Positions 1 through 13,039 of a stretch of 64,000 nucleotides of DNA are shown here, piece by piece. Under the pieces are notes generated by a model. The model worked only from the letters and a program-made list of their open reading frames with translations. It searched no databases and was not told where the DNA came from. The position numbers were made by a program, and so were the translations under genes. This stretch comes from Nemertoderma westbladi (lineage: Eukaryota > Animalia > Xenacoelomorpha): NCBI GenBank assembly GCA_032718475.1, contig JAUCBJ010008699.1, positions 1 through 64,000 of the forward strand, given 5' to 3'. How positions within the stretch are numbered: the first letter of the stretch is position 1; every line of letters starts with the position of its first letter.

Positions 1-817
1 CCTTAAGATAATGTACGCGGTTAAATTTAATTGAATAATATACTGTAAAAGATACTAATTTATACGAGGCTATCGTAAAGTATATGCCTGGTTACGAGGA
101 TGCTATTAAATAATTAAAATAAATAAAAATATGAGCAGTGTTAAAAAGAGATATTAGGTTGACATGGAGGATAAATTAATTTAAAATAGATAAGTACGTA
201 AAATAAAGTTCAATATATAATAATGTGATACTTTTCGGATGAACAATCGATAAAATGCGAAGTGTGGCTAAGGCTAGGTAGATACAATTAATTAAGTTAA
301 AATAAGTAAATATAAATAAAAAGATATACGGCAATTCAGGTATGGACGGCTAGGAAGGTACAATTAAATAAAATGAAATAAAGTGAAATGAAATAAAATA
401 AAATTATTTAAAACATGAGCAGACAATCGATAAAATTCATAAAATGAGATAAAGTTGATAGATGACACCACAATGCTGGAATAAATTACTGCAGGTCTAG
501 CAGCTGTTGAAACGAGCCGCATATAATAATATAATATAACACCACCATTGAAGGTACGCTATTGTTATACAAAGTTATACAAAGTGAATCGAGTTACAAA
601 AAGCAGAATGATGGTGTAAATTAATAAGGATGGCTTCGGTGTGAATACGCCGGTGGTGATTACGATATTGCTTTACGCATGTAACAGTATATTTCCGACA
701 CTGGGCGAAGTTGCTGGTCACCACGTTCGGTTTGTTGGGTTTAGGAGGGGCATTTAGGGACTTCCGATATTCTTGGATATTCTCCCGGTGCTTGTTGAGT
801 CGTTTAATCGATCAACT

Positions 818-1400
818 TACTTACTGGGCGGAAAAGCCAACCAACCACCAAGGTTAAGGCTGAATCACCAGCCGATCGCCTCAATGGTTGGAAGGCCCAC
901 TTTGAATAGCTCCTCAATAATGACAGGGTATTGCCTGATAACTTTATAGAAGTAAAAGTGTCTGAGTCTGTACTCCCAGATATTCCCATTGGCGATATCT
1001 CCTTTGCAGAAGTGAAGGCTGCTGCAAAGAGCATTAAGACCAATCGTGCCAGTGGAGTAGATGGTGTTCCCCCTGAGGTCTTTAAAATACCTGAGTGTTT
1101 AAAGCTCATCTATCCCATCATAGTAGACATGTACCGAACAACAAGAGTCCCACAAGAAATGAAAACAAATAAGTTGGTGCCAGTTCCCAAGAAGGGCAAC
1201 CTAACACTCTATAGTTCTTTTCGGGGAATCTCATTGATCTCGATTGCTGCAAAGCTGTACAATAGAATTTTATTAAATCGCATCAGGAATCCCATTGAGA
1301 GACTGCTCCGTGGAAATCAGAATGGGTTCCGTAAAGGTCGTGGGACAAAAGGAGCCCATTTTGACACTTAGAAGGATAATTGATCACAGGCTGTTTGTTA
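818..1400 (+). mobile_element. Non-LTR retrotransposon (RTE-like) ORF fragment, N-terminal part of RT domain
   Basis: ORF 931-1371 has LINE pre-RT/RT motifs ASGVDGVPPEVFK, LVPVPKKGNL, FRGISLISIAAKLYNRILLNRI and NQNGFRKGR; frameshifted and truncated. Boundaries approximate. Confidence 0.85.
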
Positions 1401-1416
1401 TCTTTGTTGACTTCTT

Positions 1417-1760
1417 CAAGGCTATAAGCTTTTTCTTTTTTCCGTTTGAAGTGAAGTGGGAATGAAAGCGATGACTGGAATATGACTCCGAGATATTCGT
1501 AGAGGGTTACGAGTTGAACAGCGCGGTTGTTGTAAGAGAACCGGTCGACGTGTGCAATGCGCGCCCGCCTTTGCGTAATTTTACTATTTGGGTTTTGGTT
1601 AGGTTTACCTCCATCCCATTTGCAGTGCACCAGGTCTGGAGAGTGTTGAGAGCTGTTTGGATGTCTTGTTTATTGCTGGAGTAAAATACTAGGCCGTCTG
1701 CATAAAATATGAATTTAAGGTGGGTGACAGCTCTACGGAGGACGGGTCAGCGATTATAAA
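1417..1760 (-). mobile_element. Degraded LINE (CR1/L2-like) reverse transcriptase fragment
   Basis: Minus-strand translation gives LKFIFYADGLVF (degenerate YADD motif) near 1690-1720 and YEYLGVIFQSSLSF in ORF 1283-1630. Confidence 0.6.
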
Positions 1761-3372
1761 ACATAATAAATAACTCATCGATAACATTTATATAACAAAA
1801 TTATATGGTATAACATATTTATATTAATAGCAACATTATAAATATAGTTTACAACAGTGGTTGATATATAAACCATTCAGCAGCTTTATTTAACTACGGT
1901 AATTACTACTAAAAAACGTGGGAATAAAAAAACTAAAATAATGGATGAACCAGTGATGTGGGTATAGAACAACAATAAGGAAGGATTCTATTTATTTATG
2001 TACTTCGAAATTATATTTATGTATAATATTTTTATTCTTAAATTGTTACCTTTTCTTCCGAATATAACCCAAAATCCTGAGAAAATATGTAAAATAATAT
2101 TTATTTCCTTAGGGAAAAAAAGTAACCCATATGTTTGCAGTAACCCGTATATTTATTTTTCAAAATGATTTTAATGCACTTTTTAAGCCACGAAATCATG
2201 ACATTTTCATTTTTATAGACTACACAGGTTTTTATCTAATTTTTCTCGAGAACTAGAGCGAAATTTAAAAATTCATCTCTGGAATCAGTTCAGGAGAGAC
2301 CGAACAAAAAAATGTCAAATTGGATAAAGATTGAAGTAAATACATTGTTAGGCGCTAAAAGTGATAAAGAAATTAAATTGGAGTAACTGACAAAAACAAA
2401 ATGTATTTTCTTCCCGCGCTATACTGTCTGTGAATGTGAAAGAGTGTCAGTTTACTAATGTCCGGCAGTAAGTGGCAGTAAGAGTCCAGGCAGTTTAGTT
2501 ATGGGATTATCGGGGTCGGAAATTTCATTTAAGAAATCTTGGTGGAATCTAGGCGTCCGAACAGACAGTCTGTCTGCTGTTGTCCATCCAATTATAATAA
2601 ATCACACCACCTTGCTGAAATTCCCATTACGGGCGTTTACCAGGTCGGATATTTAATTTCTGATGTCATTTTTGAGTTTGACAGAATCTAGGCCGTTCGA
2701 AAACGAAACCGCGTAATAATTTCAAATCTCCATAAAAGAGTCTTATTTTGAGTCGAAATCTATTGTTATAAAAATACCAACGAATAAAAAAAACTCTAAA
2801 AATATATATTTTGCAACTGGTGCAATATAAATTAAGCATAAAGCATCTTATGCTTATATTACATCAACTACCATCTAATTACGAGCAAAAATGAAACGGT
2901 ATATCTCATCATTTATTGTTTTGTATCGTTTCAATTGATTGTTTTGGATATAATAACAGCCCTTGTAATAAATATAACATGTTCTCATTACCTTTGTTAA
3001 AGATTAACAATTATTGTCTATGGTATTCTATTTGTCTCGTCAATAATAATGAATAAATATATTATGCTAGAAAGCAACTCGCGTTGTAGTGTATGTTTGT
3101 GGTGGCGGGTATGGTTTGTTATTATTCACAGTTCGCAGATCGCAGGTAACCAAACCACCAATGTACGAATGCATAGTGTTTTTTAAAGTTTAACATCAAT
3201 GCTTATGCAGTCAGAATTGTTACTTTCGCTTTGAAAAAAGTGTCTTCAACTGCAAATATTTCACCAGTAGAAGTATAATCTATGCTTAGCCAACTTTTTT
3301 GGTGCTCTGCGAAATACGTGATATTTTCGAACGTTTCTATTATTCGGAGAGATTCTTGTTTTTAATTATATA

Positions 3373-3769
3373 TACTCTGTAGTCCCGAATACACGGCTTA
3401 TTTCAATGTTTAATGTTTCTTTTCAATGTTTATTTTACCGTTCAAATAATAATAATAGGGCTATTAATTTTTGAAAAAAATCCACCAACAATTATCTTAT
3501 TCCAGACACCCCGACTATTTAGTACATTTTTTATTATGAGTAAATAAACGTTTGTTCTCATAATAATTGAGAGTTGAAAGTGAAAGAAAACAAAAACCGT
3601 GTACCGAGTATACCACCGGTAACCGTAGGTACAACTGTACCTGAACGCCTATACTGTATGTTAAGTAAGTTTTTCAAAATTTTCCACCCTCCACGTTTAT
3701 CCCAGCCACCCCGACTATTAGCATGGTGAAATTTTGCCACCCACCCCGTCTATTCGAGACTCAAGAGTG
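3373..3769. mobile_element. MITE with ~25-bp imperfect TIRs (Tc1/pogo-like)
   Basis: Left end TACTCTGTAGTCCCGAATACACGG matches reverse complement of right end CACTCTTGAGTCTCGAATAGACGG; internal repeated CACCCCGACTATT. Confidence 0.5.
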
Positions 3770-5019
3770 ATAAATATAAATATAATGCTTCTTTCCATGA
3801 GTCAGCACCTACAAAAATTATGAAATTTCTCAAAATCTTTTGAAATTTTATGATTGAAATTCTTTTAAGATTAGCAGAAAAATTATAGGGGAAGAGATGG
3901 GTGGAGTAAGATGTGATAAAGACACTTATTTCAGGGGTATAGTGATCGAACATTGCACTTGAAGCACCGAACAGTCGCACCCGCATTATCTCACAAATGC
4001 TGACATTTCTACGGGTTGTATTTTAATTTCCCCAATGTGGGGGGAGAGAACCTAGTTAACCTGCGTGAACGGTTGATGTACAGCTGAATTATATATGATA
4101 TTGGTAAAAATCTTTACGATATGGGTAAAGAAATGAGGGTAGCCAATTAATTTCAACGCAGACAGATATTTAGTACGCTGATCTGGGGAAACATTATCTG
4201 GCACCTTTTTTCGGCTGTCGGAAGGGATAATATAAAGTATACTTTACCCCACCCTCTATAGCTACCAACATGGTAGAGTTGTAAAAAGTTGTTACGAAAC
4301 AGCTACAATAATTAATGGAATGGGTAACAACATCTGTGTACTGTAGTTATACTGTACACACTAAAAGGTAATGAAAAAGTAACAAAATTGTGAATATAAT
4401 AACACACACTGCAACAATCATTGGTTAAAGATAACCTGCAACATAATGGCTGTAAACGGCAATAATTATGTAAAGCAATCCGAATACAATGAGAATAAAC
4501 CTGATAATAAATAAACGTAGATTAGCAGAATAATAAGATTGGAAGGGGGCCGGGGGGGGGGGGGGTATAGAGGCACATTTAGGGGTGTTTAGGGTGTAAC
4601 ATCCGCGTTAATATTACCAGTTCTGCTTTAACAATGAGAGAGTTCATAATTATCTCATTACGAGCTAATAAACGGGGGGGGGGGGGGGGGATCCAATTTC
4701 GGCGAATTAATATTTCGTCTCAATGTTAAATTTTCAATTCAGGGAAAGGAGCAGGATACAGTGGCACGTTATTCCAACCTAAACAATAAACTGTAGTCAA
4801 TATGAAGGGTTACAGACAGTTTTATTATTTTTGAGATTAATCAGCTGTTATTTGCGTTGATTTTCTCTGGAGGTTAAATGGGATGACAGATAGTTGAGAC
4901 CGAGATATGTAAAACAGCGGGAAAATAGAGGAGAGGAAAAGGCGACATCTACAATAGTTAGAGAGCAATAAGGCTGACAGACAGCTGATACACACATGAT
5001 TGTGTCTGTGGATGGGACT

Positions 5020-5673
5020 TCATTCTGCACCATCTAGTAACTGCACTAGCAATGCGGCCTCCATATCAGCCTCAATATCGCTTCCGGTAGGGGATGACAA
5101 CAGTTTCTGTTCGGCCGTGACGTCATTAACTGACGAATCAACACCAATAGAACTGTCTTCCATCTGAAATGGATTGGTGACGTCATCGCCGTCTACAAGA
5201 TCACCGACTTCGTCCGACACAGTTCCGACTGCTTCCTCTGACTGCGATCCGACACCCTGTTCAGGAATAATACACGCTAACTCCCCAATATTATTGGACA
5301 ACCCATCACTTACTAATGGATTAATGGGGCCAGTTGGAACGAGTCCGTCGCTAACGGCGGCTTCGGGTAACCGCGGCCGCCACAACGAGGTATCATCCTC
5401 GTCTTCCGACAGTCGGTTGCAGCCCCAGTAACGCTTCTCCACGCGGTCCACCGGTAGAGCCTCCTTTAGTGACCGCTGGATGGCGATGTTAATATCGTCG
5501 TCCTCCTGTTGCCTGGCCAACCGGCGGGACAACTCGATGGCTTGGAAGAGTTGCGGCTCGAGCATGAGGTCGGAGTCGAGTACATCGTCATGGCAACCGA
5601 CGGAACGGCAATCAGCGTTAGTAACAACATTTGCTACGTCATCGGAGCCATAGAGACTTCCTAGCAGTTCGGC
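5020..5673 (-). CDS. ANKIB1: ANKIB1 coding exon 3 (last; acidic tail with UIM-like motifs)
   Basis: Acceptor tttccAG at 5675-5674, phase 0, in frame with ORF 5020-5565; UIM-like LFQAIELSRR and INIAIQRSLKE; TGA stop at 5020. Confidence 0.8.
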   Translation of the reverse strand, partial: AELLGSLYGSDDVANVVTNADCRSVGCHDDVLDSDLMLEPQLFQAIELSRRLARQQEDDDINIAIQRSLKEALPVDRVEKRYWGCNRLSEDEDDTSLWRPRLPEAAVSDGLVPTGPINPLVSDGLSNNIGELACIIPEQGVGSQSEEAVGTVSDEVGDLVDGDDVTNPFQMEDSSIGVDSSVNDVTAEQKLLSSPTGSDIEADMEAALLVQLLDGAE

Positions 5674-5762
5674 CTGGAAATAAAGTTAATTAGTTAATCA
5701 TTAACCTTTTTATATCGTACCGAAAATGTCATAGTGGGGATACCGCGTTGGGTTATTAGAAC

Positions 5763-5832
5763 TTTTGTTGGGCGCAGCTTTGCAAAGTCGGCAATGACGT
5801 CCAGGTGGGATCGAACAGGTGACCTCCGGGTT
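5763..5832 (-). mobile_element. Partial tRNA-derived SINE copy, inverted relative to 6061-6170
   Basis: ~70 bp near-exact reverse complement of 6096-6168, including the B-box GTTCGATCCC. Confidence 0.65.
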
Positions 5833-6060
5833 GCTGTCCTACCTAAATTAGCTAGAGTGTATAATTAATCATAGTGGCCGTGATGGTTCATGGTTAATAT
5901 ACCCTTTCATTGTAGCGAGTGGTTAAAGACGGCCAAGTACTGTAGGGTTGAGCTGAGCACAGTGGCAGCATATGATGGTATTGACAGATGGGAGGCCATG
6001 ATGAGGTAAATTGCGGACATACAAGGTATCAGGTAGTATTTCCAGGTCTACCATTAACCC

Positions 6061-6170
6061 GAGCCGGTAGCGGAATGGTTAGAGCGTCAGACTTCCAACC
6101 CGGAGGTCACCAGTTCGATCCCACCTCGTCGTCATTGCCGACTTTGCAAAAAGCTGCGCCCAACAAAAGA
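6061..6170 (+). mobile_element. tRNA-derived SINE (tRNA-Gly-like head)
   Basis: A-box TAGCGGAATGG, anticodon-like loop CTTCCAA and B-box GTTCGATCCC, followed by a non-tRNA tail; lies in ANKIB1 intron 2. Confidence 0.6.
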
Positions 6171-6281
6171 TATAATAATATGAAGCCACTCATTCACCCA
6201 TAACACTCATAATAAATTATAAAAACGATGGGTTATGAATGTGAGAGACGTTGGTTCGAATCTCACCCATCGCATACTAAC

Positions 6282-7334
6282 CTGTTCTATTAACAGCCGT
6301 CGACTCATCTCGACAGCTCGCAGGTAATCCAATCTCTCGTCGTCGATACTCGAGGAGTTGTACAACTGGTCCTCCTTGGCCGAGTCCAGACTGTGTCTGG
6401 CCAGCTTGTCCAGCCGCATACACCGCAGACTGCAGTGCCGATGGAGTTGGCGGGTGCGCCCGTTGTAGGTGCGCGCCCGGGTGCACCCCGCTCGGGCGCA
6501 CACCTCGTCGCTGGACGAGGTGTCCACGGCGACGGACCCGTCAACCTCCTCCGAGTCGCCGCACAGCAACGGCAGGTTGCTGTGCCGACCGTGGGAGTCG
6601 ACGACCCAGCCGTCCGACGGGGTTATATCGTGGAGGGAGGTCTCCGGCTCCAGATGGATCCCGAGACTGCGTCGCAGGTTGCTGGAACTCCTTCGGCGTA
6701 GCAACGGGGATGTGTCGGTAGGGAGGAGTCCCTTCGCGATACCCTCCAGGAAGACTACCCGTTTCCTAGCGACCGTACGCATCGCGGATATTATCTTGGA
6801 GCGCGGCGTGCGGAGATACGGGCGGGCGATCAACTGCGACAAACTCTCCAAAGCTTCCTCCAGTTCGTTTTGCATAAACTCGAATATAAGTAGAGCCTGC
6901 GAGTCGGGGGCCAGGAAGTAGCCATAGGCGTAGGAGCTCTTTAGCATCCGTCGGGAGCGGAGTAACTCCTTAACCGCGTCGGATAGGAAGTGGATCTCCG
7001 GGCCCGAGATGCACTCGGAACTCAGCACCGCCTTGGCCAGAGTCAGCATCTTCTCTTTGGCGTCGGTGAGGAGGGGCGACTCGATCTTGAGGCTGTTGTC
7101 GTGGTTGCGGTAGCGCGTGTAGTAGTGCATGAAGCGGCTGAGCTCCTGGAACTTGTGGTTCTTGGATTGGGCCTCCGAGATGACGCGACCGAATTGATCC
7201 TCGAGTTTTTTCGTCGCCTCGTACCGGTTGCATTTGAAGTAGCCCCCGGTGGCGCCGCCGTGTTTCTTCCAGACCTCCTGGCAGACCCAACAGAACTCGT
7301 GTTTGCATTTGGAACACTTCATGTGGTTACAGCC
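6282..7334 (-). CDS. ANKIB1: ANKIB1 coding exon 2 (RING2 completion and Ariadne domain)
   Basis: Acceptor ctgtAG at 7336-7335 gives KNE|GCNHMKCSKCKHEFCWVC (RBR RING2); Ariadne domain RFMHYYTRYRNH...LKSSYAYGYFL; donor GTTAGT at 6281. Confidence 0.92.
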
Positions 7335-7445
7335 CTACAGGAAATAAAAGCTTAGGAAGAAATCATTGATTTACTATTACTACCATCTAACTGCGGATTC
7401 ACTGTTATCATATTTTGCTAATCAAATTAAAACTGGTGCAAAAAT

Positions 7446-7900
7446 GGGTGTCCATGTTTATCTCTAACTGTAAAGGATACCAAATCTCTGGATGGCACAT
7501 TCACAAGAATGCTACGCCGGGTTCATTGTGTCAAGTACAATGCACATCTCCAACCAGACACTATATAACATTGGAGGTGTCTCATTGGTTCCCCAAGCTT
7601 AATACTAGAACAAAGCCGCCTCCGCTTTGCAGGACATTGCTTTCGCTGTGAGGACCATCCAGTCCATATTCTTGTACTTTGGCAGCCTCATGGAGTGAAT
7701 AAGCATGGTGGACAGCCCATGACTTTCTTGAGACGCATCTTAAAGGACACTGAAGATGCGGATGATCTAGCAAATGTCATGGGTGATAGGGAGTTGTGGC
7801 GGCGCAATTTTGTCGACAAGCCGCCACAGCACTCTTAATATATATGCAATATATATATAATTGAGCTGCAATGCAGCATGCCGATCGTAGTAGTAGTAGT
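7446..7900 (+). mobile_element. 5'-truncated RTE-like LINE 3' end with (GTA)n tail and 12-bp TSD
   Basis: Close match to 13335-13705; ends in GTAGTAGTAGTAGT; TGGTGCAAAAAT flanks both sides (7434-7445 and 7901-7912). Confidence 0.85.
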
Positions 7901-9114
7901 TGGTGCAAAAATACTAAAAAACATAAATATCGTCATTTCATGCGACGACCTCACCAAAAGATGGATTAGATTAAAAACATTTGCTTATACTGGACACATC
8001 GGTATGATTAATATTTATTGAGTTTAGGTAGAATAAACTTATTATAACCGACACCTGATTGGGATTCTCTGTAAGAGAATGTCACATGATTTAATATTTT
8101 TTTAGTAAATTTACCAAATTTGTCAAATGAGTTAAGGGAAAGGAGCAGGTTACACCTACTAGTGGGGGTGCAGGGTGTGGTGGTGATTTCTAATCAAATC
8201 AGCAAATAATGGTAATTGAAACTATATTTGGATAATTAAATGGAAAGGAGCAGGATACAATGGCGTGAGTTTCTAACCAAAACAATAAACAATAACTCAA
8301 TAATATACCGACATAGAGAATGGTTAATAGTGACGTGTATAAAATGAGAAAGGGCAGGGTTGAGTTCGTTGGACTGCTTTCTATCTGTCTAGGACCTCTA
8401 GTACCAGGACACCGTGCCAAATACAGCACAAAATGTATAAATATAAAATACTCAAATCTATGAAACATAAAGGTACCTAAGATGCTATTTTACATGACAG
8501 ACCTGTCAGAAATTTTTATTTTTTTTTATTTTAATTTTGATTTTTAATATCAGTTAATACTAGTTAACAATACAAAATGTTGGTTGCGCTTAACACCCTA
8601 AGGCTTTTACAGTTTTGAATCTAATCACATGAAAGTTTTTTTATATGATAGATCAAAGATGGGGCAACATAACTATCAGGCGAAATTTTGTGAAAAAAAT
8701 TCTGTACCGGTAGGTGGCGCTGCAAATTTATGCTATTTTTTATAGGTTTGTTATAAATTGTATTAAATTTTATTAACAAAATATTTCAAAAAGTTGTCTG
8801 GTACTTTTATTCAGGGTGGTTATCTAGACACCCACAGAAAGTTTCAGACTAATTCCTCAAAAATTGTAGAAGTAGTAGGGTTTTGAAGTTGACAATTTCA
8901 TAAAAATTGTTATATTATAATAGATCATAAAAATAATATCGACATATTTTGGACCAAAATTGTGTACCCCCCACACCCCCCCCCCCCCCCCCCCCTACTA
9001 TAAAGAAGAAGTTTTAAAAAAAAGCGCGAAATCGCCCAAAGTTCCGCGTCTACTAACGCATGAACTGTCTCCTTGAATGGCTTACTACTACCAATCTTTC
9101 TATCAAAACAAATT

Positions 9115-9200
9115 CACCTGAACGTGAGGATTGAACTCGGTATCTAGATATTCATCTAGGTATTCCAAGTCCAACGCTCTACAAACTGAGCCACTAGAAA
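9115..9200 (-). mobile_element. tRNA-derived SINE-like head
   Basis: Minus strand has A-box-like TGGCTCAGTTTG and B-box-like GAGTTCAATCC; no intact cloverleaf. Confidence 0.4.
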
Positions 9201-9262
9201 ACTAGGCCCCTATATTAATTAAAAACAACTAATAAGGTGGAATACAAAGTAAAGAGACTTAC

Positions 9263-10807
9263 TTCGTTCTTCTGTATGGGGGAGCGGCAGTTAGGGCAGG
9301 ACTTTGAGTTAGTAACGAGCCACAGAGAGTTGGCGGCGGACTCCCTTAACTCCTCGGTCTTGGAGATCTGATCGGGTTGGATCTCCTCGATCTTAGCCAA
9401 CCAGAGCTGCCAGTTGTCGCAGCCGCAGGGGGCGTGGCCCCCCTTGCCGCACTCCCAACAGAAGGCGTGCCCCCCGCCCGGGGCACGGCAGTCCACCTCC
9501 GTTGAGTACGGCGGACACTTGTTCAACTCCATGATGACGCCGACCTCCGGGGCCGGACGTCCGGGGTCCAACCGGACAGCCCGACCGCACCCCGGGTACG
9601 GACACCACTTGATACTCGGGTTGCTCTCCACGAAGTCCTTGAGGTTGAAATCGAAGTACCTCTTGGCGATCTCAGGGTCTACCAACGCTTCGATCACGTT
9701 TAAAGGGACCAGGATGGGACAGTTATACTCTGGGCACTCGATATTCTGTATCTCCCCCGATTGAATCTTGAGCGTAAGGTACTGAGTCCAGCACTCGTGG
9801 CAGAAGGTGTGTTCGCAGGGAGTTTCCACTAGGTTGGAGACGGAGACAACCCCGTAACAGACCCGACACTCAACCCCGTCGGCGGCGTCTAGCAGTCGCA
9901 CGGGGCTGTCCGTCCCCCCGCCGCCCACGGGTAGCAGATCGAACACATCGGCACCGGGGACCGGGAGTTTAACCCCCGCCGACCGACAGCACTGCTCCCT
10001 GTCGCGCACCCAGTCCTCCAGTAAAGCCTCCCGGGACCACTGGTGGTTGCGAAGCAACGCCTCCGCAGTAAACAACGGCACATGCAACATATCGGCGGTG
10101 TCTATCAACAGTCTGTCCTTGGCCTCCTGCAGTTCTTGCTGTTTCAACCCGCAGAAATGGTCCACCTCCTCTAACTTTTCGGAGGGATTAAGTTTCACTT
10201 TGCCTTCCTTAACAGTTATCTCGTCCGAGAAGACCATCTTGGTCTCCAACATCCTCGCGATATTCCCGCAGTTGCTCTTCTCCGCCAGTTCGCAGGGCGT
10301 CAGACTCTGACTGTTCTCCCCGAAGATATAAGCGCCGTGAGCTAACAGCAGCTCAACGCATTGTTTGAGACCCGACTGGGCCGCGTAGTGCAACGGCTGG
10401 TTGTTCAAACAATCCGAAGCATTCACATCAACCCTCTGCCACTGCCCCGTAACCCCTTTAGGTTTCTTCCACTGCAGTATCAGCTGAAGGCAGTAAAGCC
10501 TCTTCTCTTGCTCGAGTTTACTCGCTGCAGAAACCGGCAACCGACACGCCAAATGCAGACAAGTCTCTTTGTTGTAGTTGGTCAACGTTGGATTGCCGTC
10601 GAAATCTTTTAGGAATATATTGAGTAAGGATTTCATTGCGTGCAAACATACGTAATGCAAGGGAGTGTTTTCCTTGTAATGTTTACCATACGGTTCGTTA
10701 ACGTTTAAAGTTTTACGGAATTCCGGATTTTGACAATATATCTGTAACGCCGCCGCATCGTCGCCAGCTACTAAAGCCTTTCGGAACTTGGACGCCGCAG
10801 TCCCCAT
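9263..10807 (-). CDS. ANKIB1: ANKIB1 coding exon 1: ankyrin repeats, RING1, IBR and start of RING2 (RBR E3 ubiquitin ligase)
   Basis: N-terminus MGTAASKFRKAL; ankyrin repeats TPLHYVC, TCLHLAC and PLHYAA; RING1 CRVC...CEHTFCHECW; IBR KWCPYPGC...FCWEC; KSCPNCRSPIQKNE followed by donor GTAAGT at 9262. Confidence 0.95.
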
Positions 10808-12465
10808 TATAAAAGTAACATTACCGGTAAATAGATTAGCAGAAGATTACAGGATTACTGGATTAGGCCTAGTCCATCCATAGTCCATCAGTCCATTACG
10901 ATTACACCATTAGCATTACAGCATTACCGGTAGGTCTAGGCCTATACAGTTCACAGTTCAGCAGTTATACATACAAAAACCAAGGTGTACATAATAACAG
11001 GTCATGCAGCGAGCGGTTTCCTAAAATTAGCGTGGGCCGATCGTTTCCCTATTTACAGATTTATGACACTATTTTCATAATATTTCCTTAGAAACCTCTC
11101 TTACATGTCTTATGCAACTTTGGTTAGGTGGATATGATTGACTACAGGACTAGGGTTTATAGAAATATAATAAAATGTCTTGGTTCTGGAATTTTTATCT
11201 TGTAGTTGCCAACAAGGTAACCGGGCTGCCGGGTGCAAGGTTCAAATTTCGAGCGCCTGTAATCAGGTAATTCAAGACGACAAGGGATTCTGTTCTTGAG
11301 ATTTGGTATATGAGTAAAGGGAGAAAGGAAATAAAAGTATATCTAAATATTTTACATTTAAATTTTTTTTCAATCCCGTTTCCTTTCCATGTATTGTATT
11401 GTATTTTCACTCCAGTTCGACAAATTAAATTAAAATAAACGGAACACAATGTTTTAAATAACGTAATTGCACAATAAAATGTTGGAGGGAGAAACCACCA
11501 AGGCAAATTGCTCTTACTGGTGGCGAGAGTTATTGGGTACAGACTATGTCTAAAAAATATATTTATTTTAAAAATTAAAAAGTTAAAAATACAGTTATGT
11601 TCTCAATTAAAGTCCATTCTTCAATCTGTTCAATCTGCTCAATTTCATCAATCTGGAAATATCTTTCATGACGCTGCAGGTTTCTAGCCAACTGAGTGAT
11701 TGACAGGCGGACATGGTAGGCTCCCCAAAATAGAGCCGTTGGTTTAAAAGAGATTATTGTAGGGATCAGATAATTATGGGACACTTGCAAGCAAATAAAG
11801 TATATGTACAGTAGTAAGCATAATTATTTATAAATTTTACAAATGAAATGTTTTACTCACTATGATTACATTTGGTCTAGCTAATAAAGAGATCATTCCA
11901 TAAATATAATTAATTATGAACAAGAACAATTATTTTTTGTTTGAATATTATTTATAGGTAATAACAATCAATCTATCAAACATTCGCAGGGGCGCAGGGG
12001 TCTGTTTGAATATTGAAATGCAAGGGAGGGCGGGAAACGACAAGTAACAAAAAATGGCAACATAATCGATAGACGCTTTAGTGCGAACTGCGCTGAGTGA
12101 AAATTATATTTAATAATATCTAATAATAATATTCTATAATAATATTTAATAATAAAACCGCCCCCGCCCATGCCTAACTTTACTTCCTACACTCACATAT
12201 CTCACATGCGGGTGGGTATGTGGCCCACAGAAAAGACAAGTCTTTTCTACTGTACTTATCAATTTCCTCTTGCTGCATAGACTATTATCTAAGCAAGGGG
12301 GTTATTATGATACTCGTTAACTCGTTACACAGTTTGTACAGTCTACACGGCGATTTCTTGACATTCAATAGGTACTAGCCTATGTAGAATACGATGTATT
12401 AAAGTTTCCCTGAATAATGTTTACAGTGAAACCCGTGATGAATAAATTCCACTGTTAACAGTTAA

Positions 12466-12837
12466 GGCCTGTTTACACGTGGCAACTTTTAGAGTAACTT
12501 TCTCGGCAACTTGTAGAGCAACCCAGGTTGCCGATCAAGTTGCTCCGTGTAAACACGTAAAAAGTTGCCGTAAAAGTTGCTCAACATTTACTGCAACCTG
12601 AAGGAATTTACGTTAACGAATAATCAAATTAAATTATCAAAAACTAGCTACTGTAGTAGATAAAATGACCCACTACTGTATTTTAAGTCAAACTAGCCAA
12701 GTTGCTCAAAAAGTTGCCGGCCAAGTTGCTGGTACAGTAAAGTTGCCACCTGTAAACAGCGATTAAATTAAGTTGCTCCAAAAAAGTTGCTAGTTGCAGA
12801 GAAAGTTGCTCTAAAAGTTGCCACGTGTAAACAGGCC
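12466..12837. mobile_element. MITE with long TIRs (PIF/Harbinger-like terminal motif, TTAA flanks)
   Basis: GGCCTGTTTACACGTGGCAACTTTTAGAG at the left and its reverse complement at the right; TTAA on both sides; internal AAGTTGC repeats; no ORF. Superfamily uncertain. Confidence 0.85.
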
Positions 12838-13039
12838 TTAAATTAATATCTTGGGATCGTATTGGGTTCTTAACTACGAATAAGCTTCAAACTTGATACA
12901 ATCAATCACCTTAAATAATTATAACAGTCCTGGCTTCACACTGGACCAGCCTCAGTAAACACCCTAACACTCGGGTCCCCAATGCGACAAGGTGAGCTGA
13001 CTGCCTTGGCAGATAAGCTTTCTCTTAGCGCAGTGGGTG

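Noticed and set aside
6061-6135. Functional tRNA-Gly gene
   Set aside because: Stems pair poorly, the tail is shared with a nearby inverted copy, and there is no Pol III terminator; better explained as a SINE.
4744-8302. Short dispersed repeat GAAAGGAGCAGGATACA... at 4744, 8138 and 8243
   Set aside because: Probably a common retroelement tail; too short to classify.
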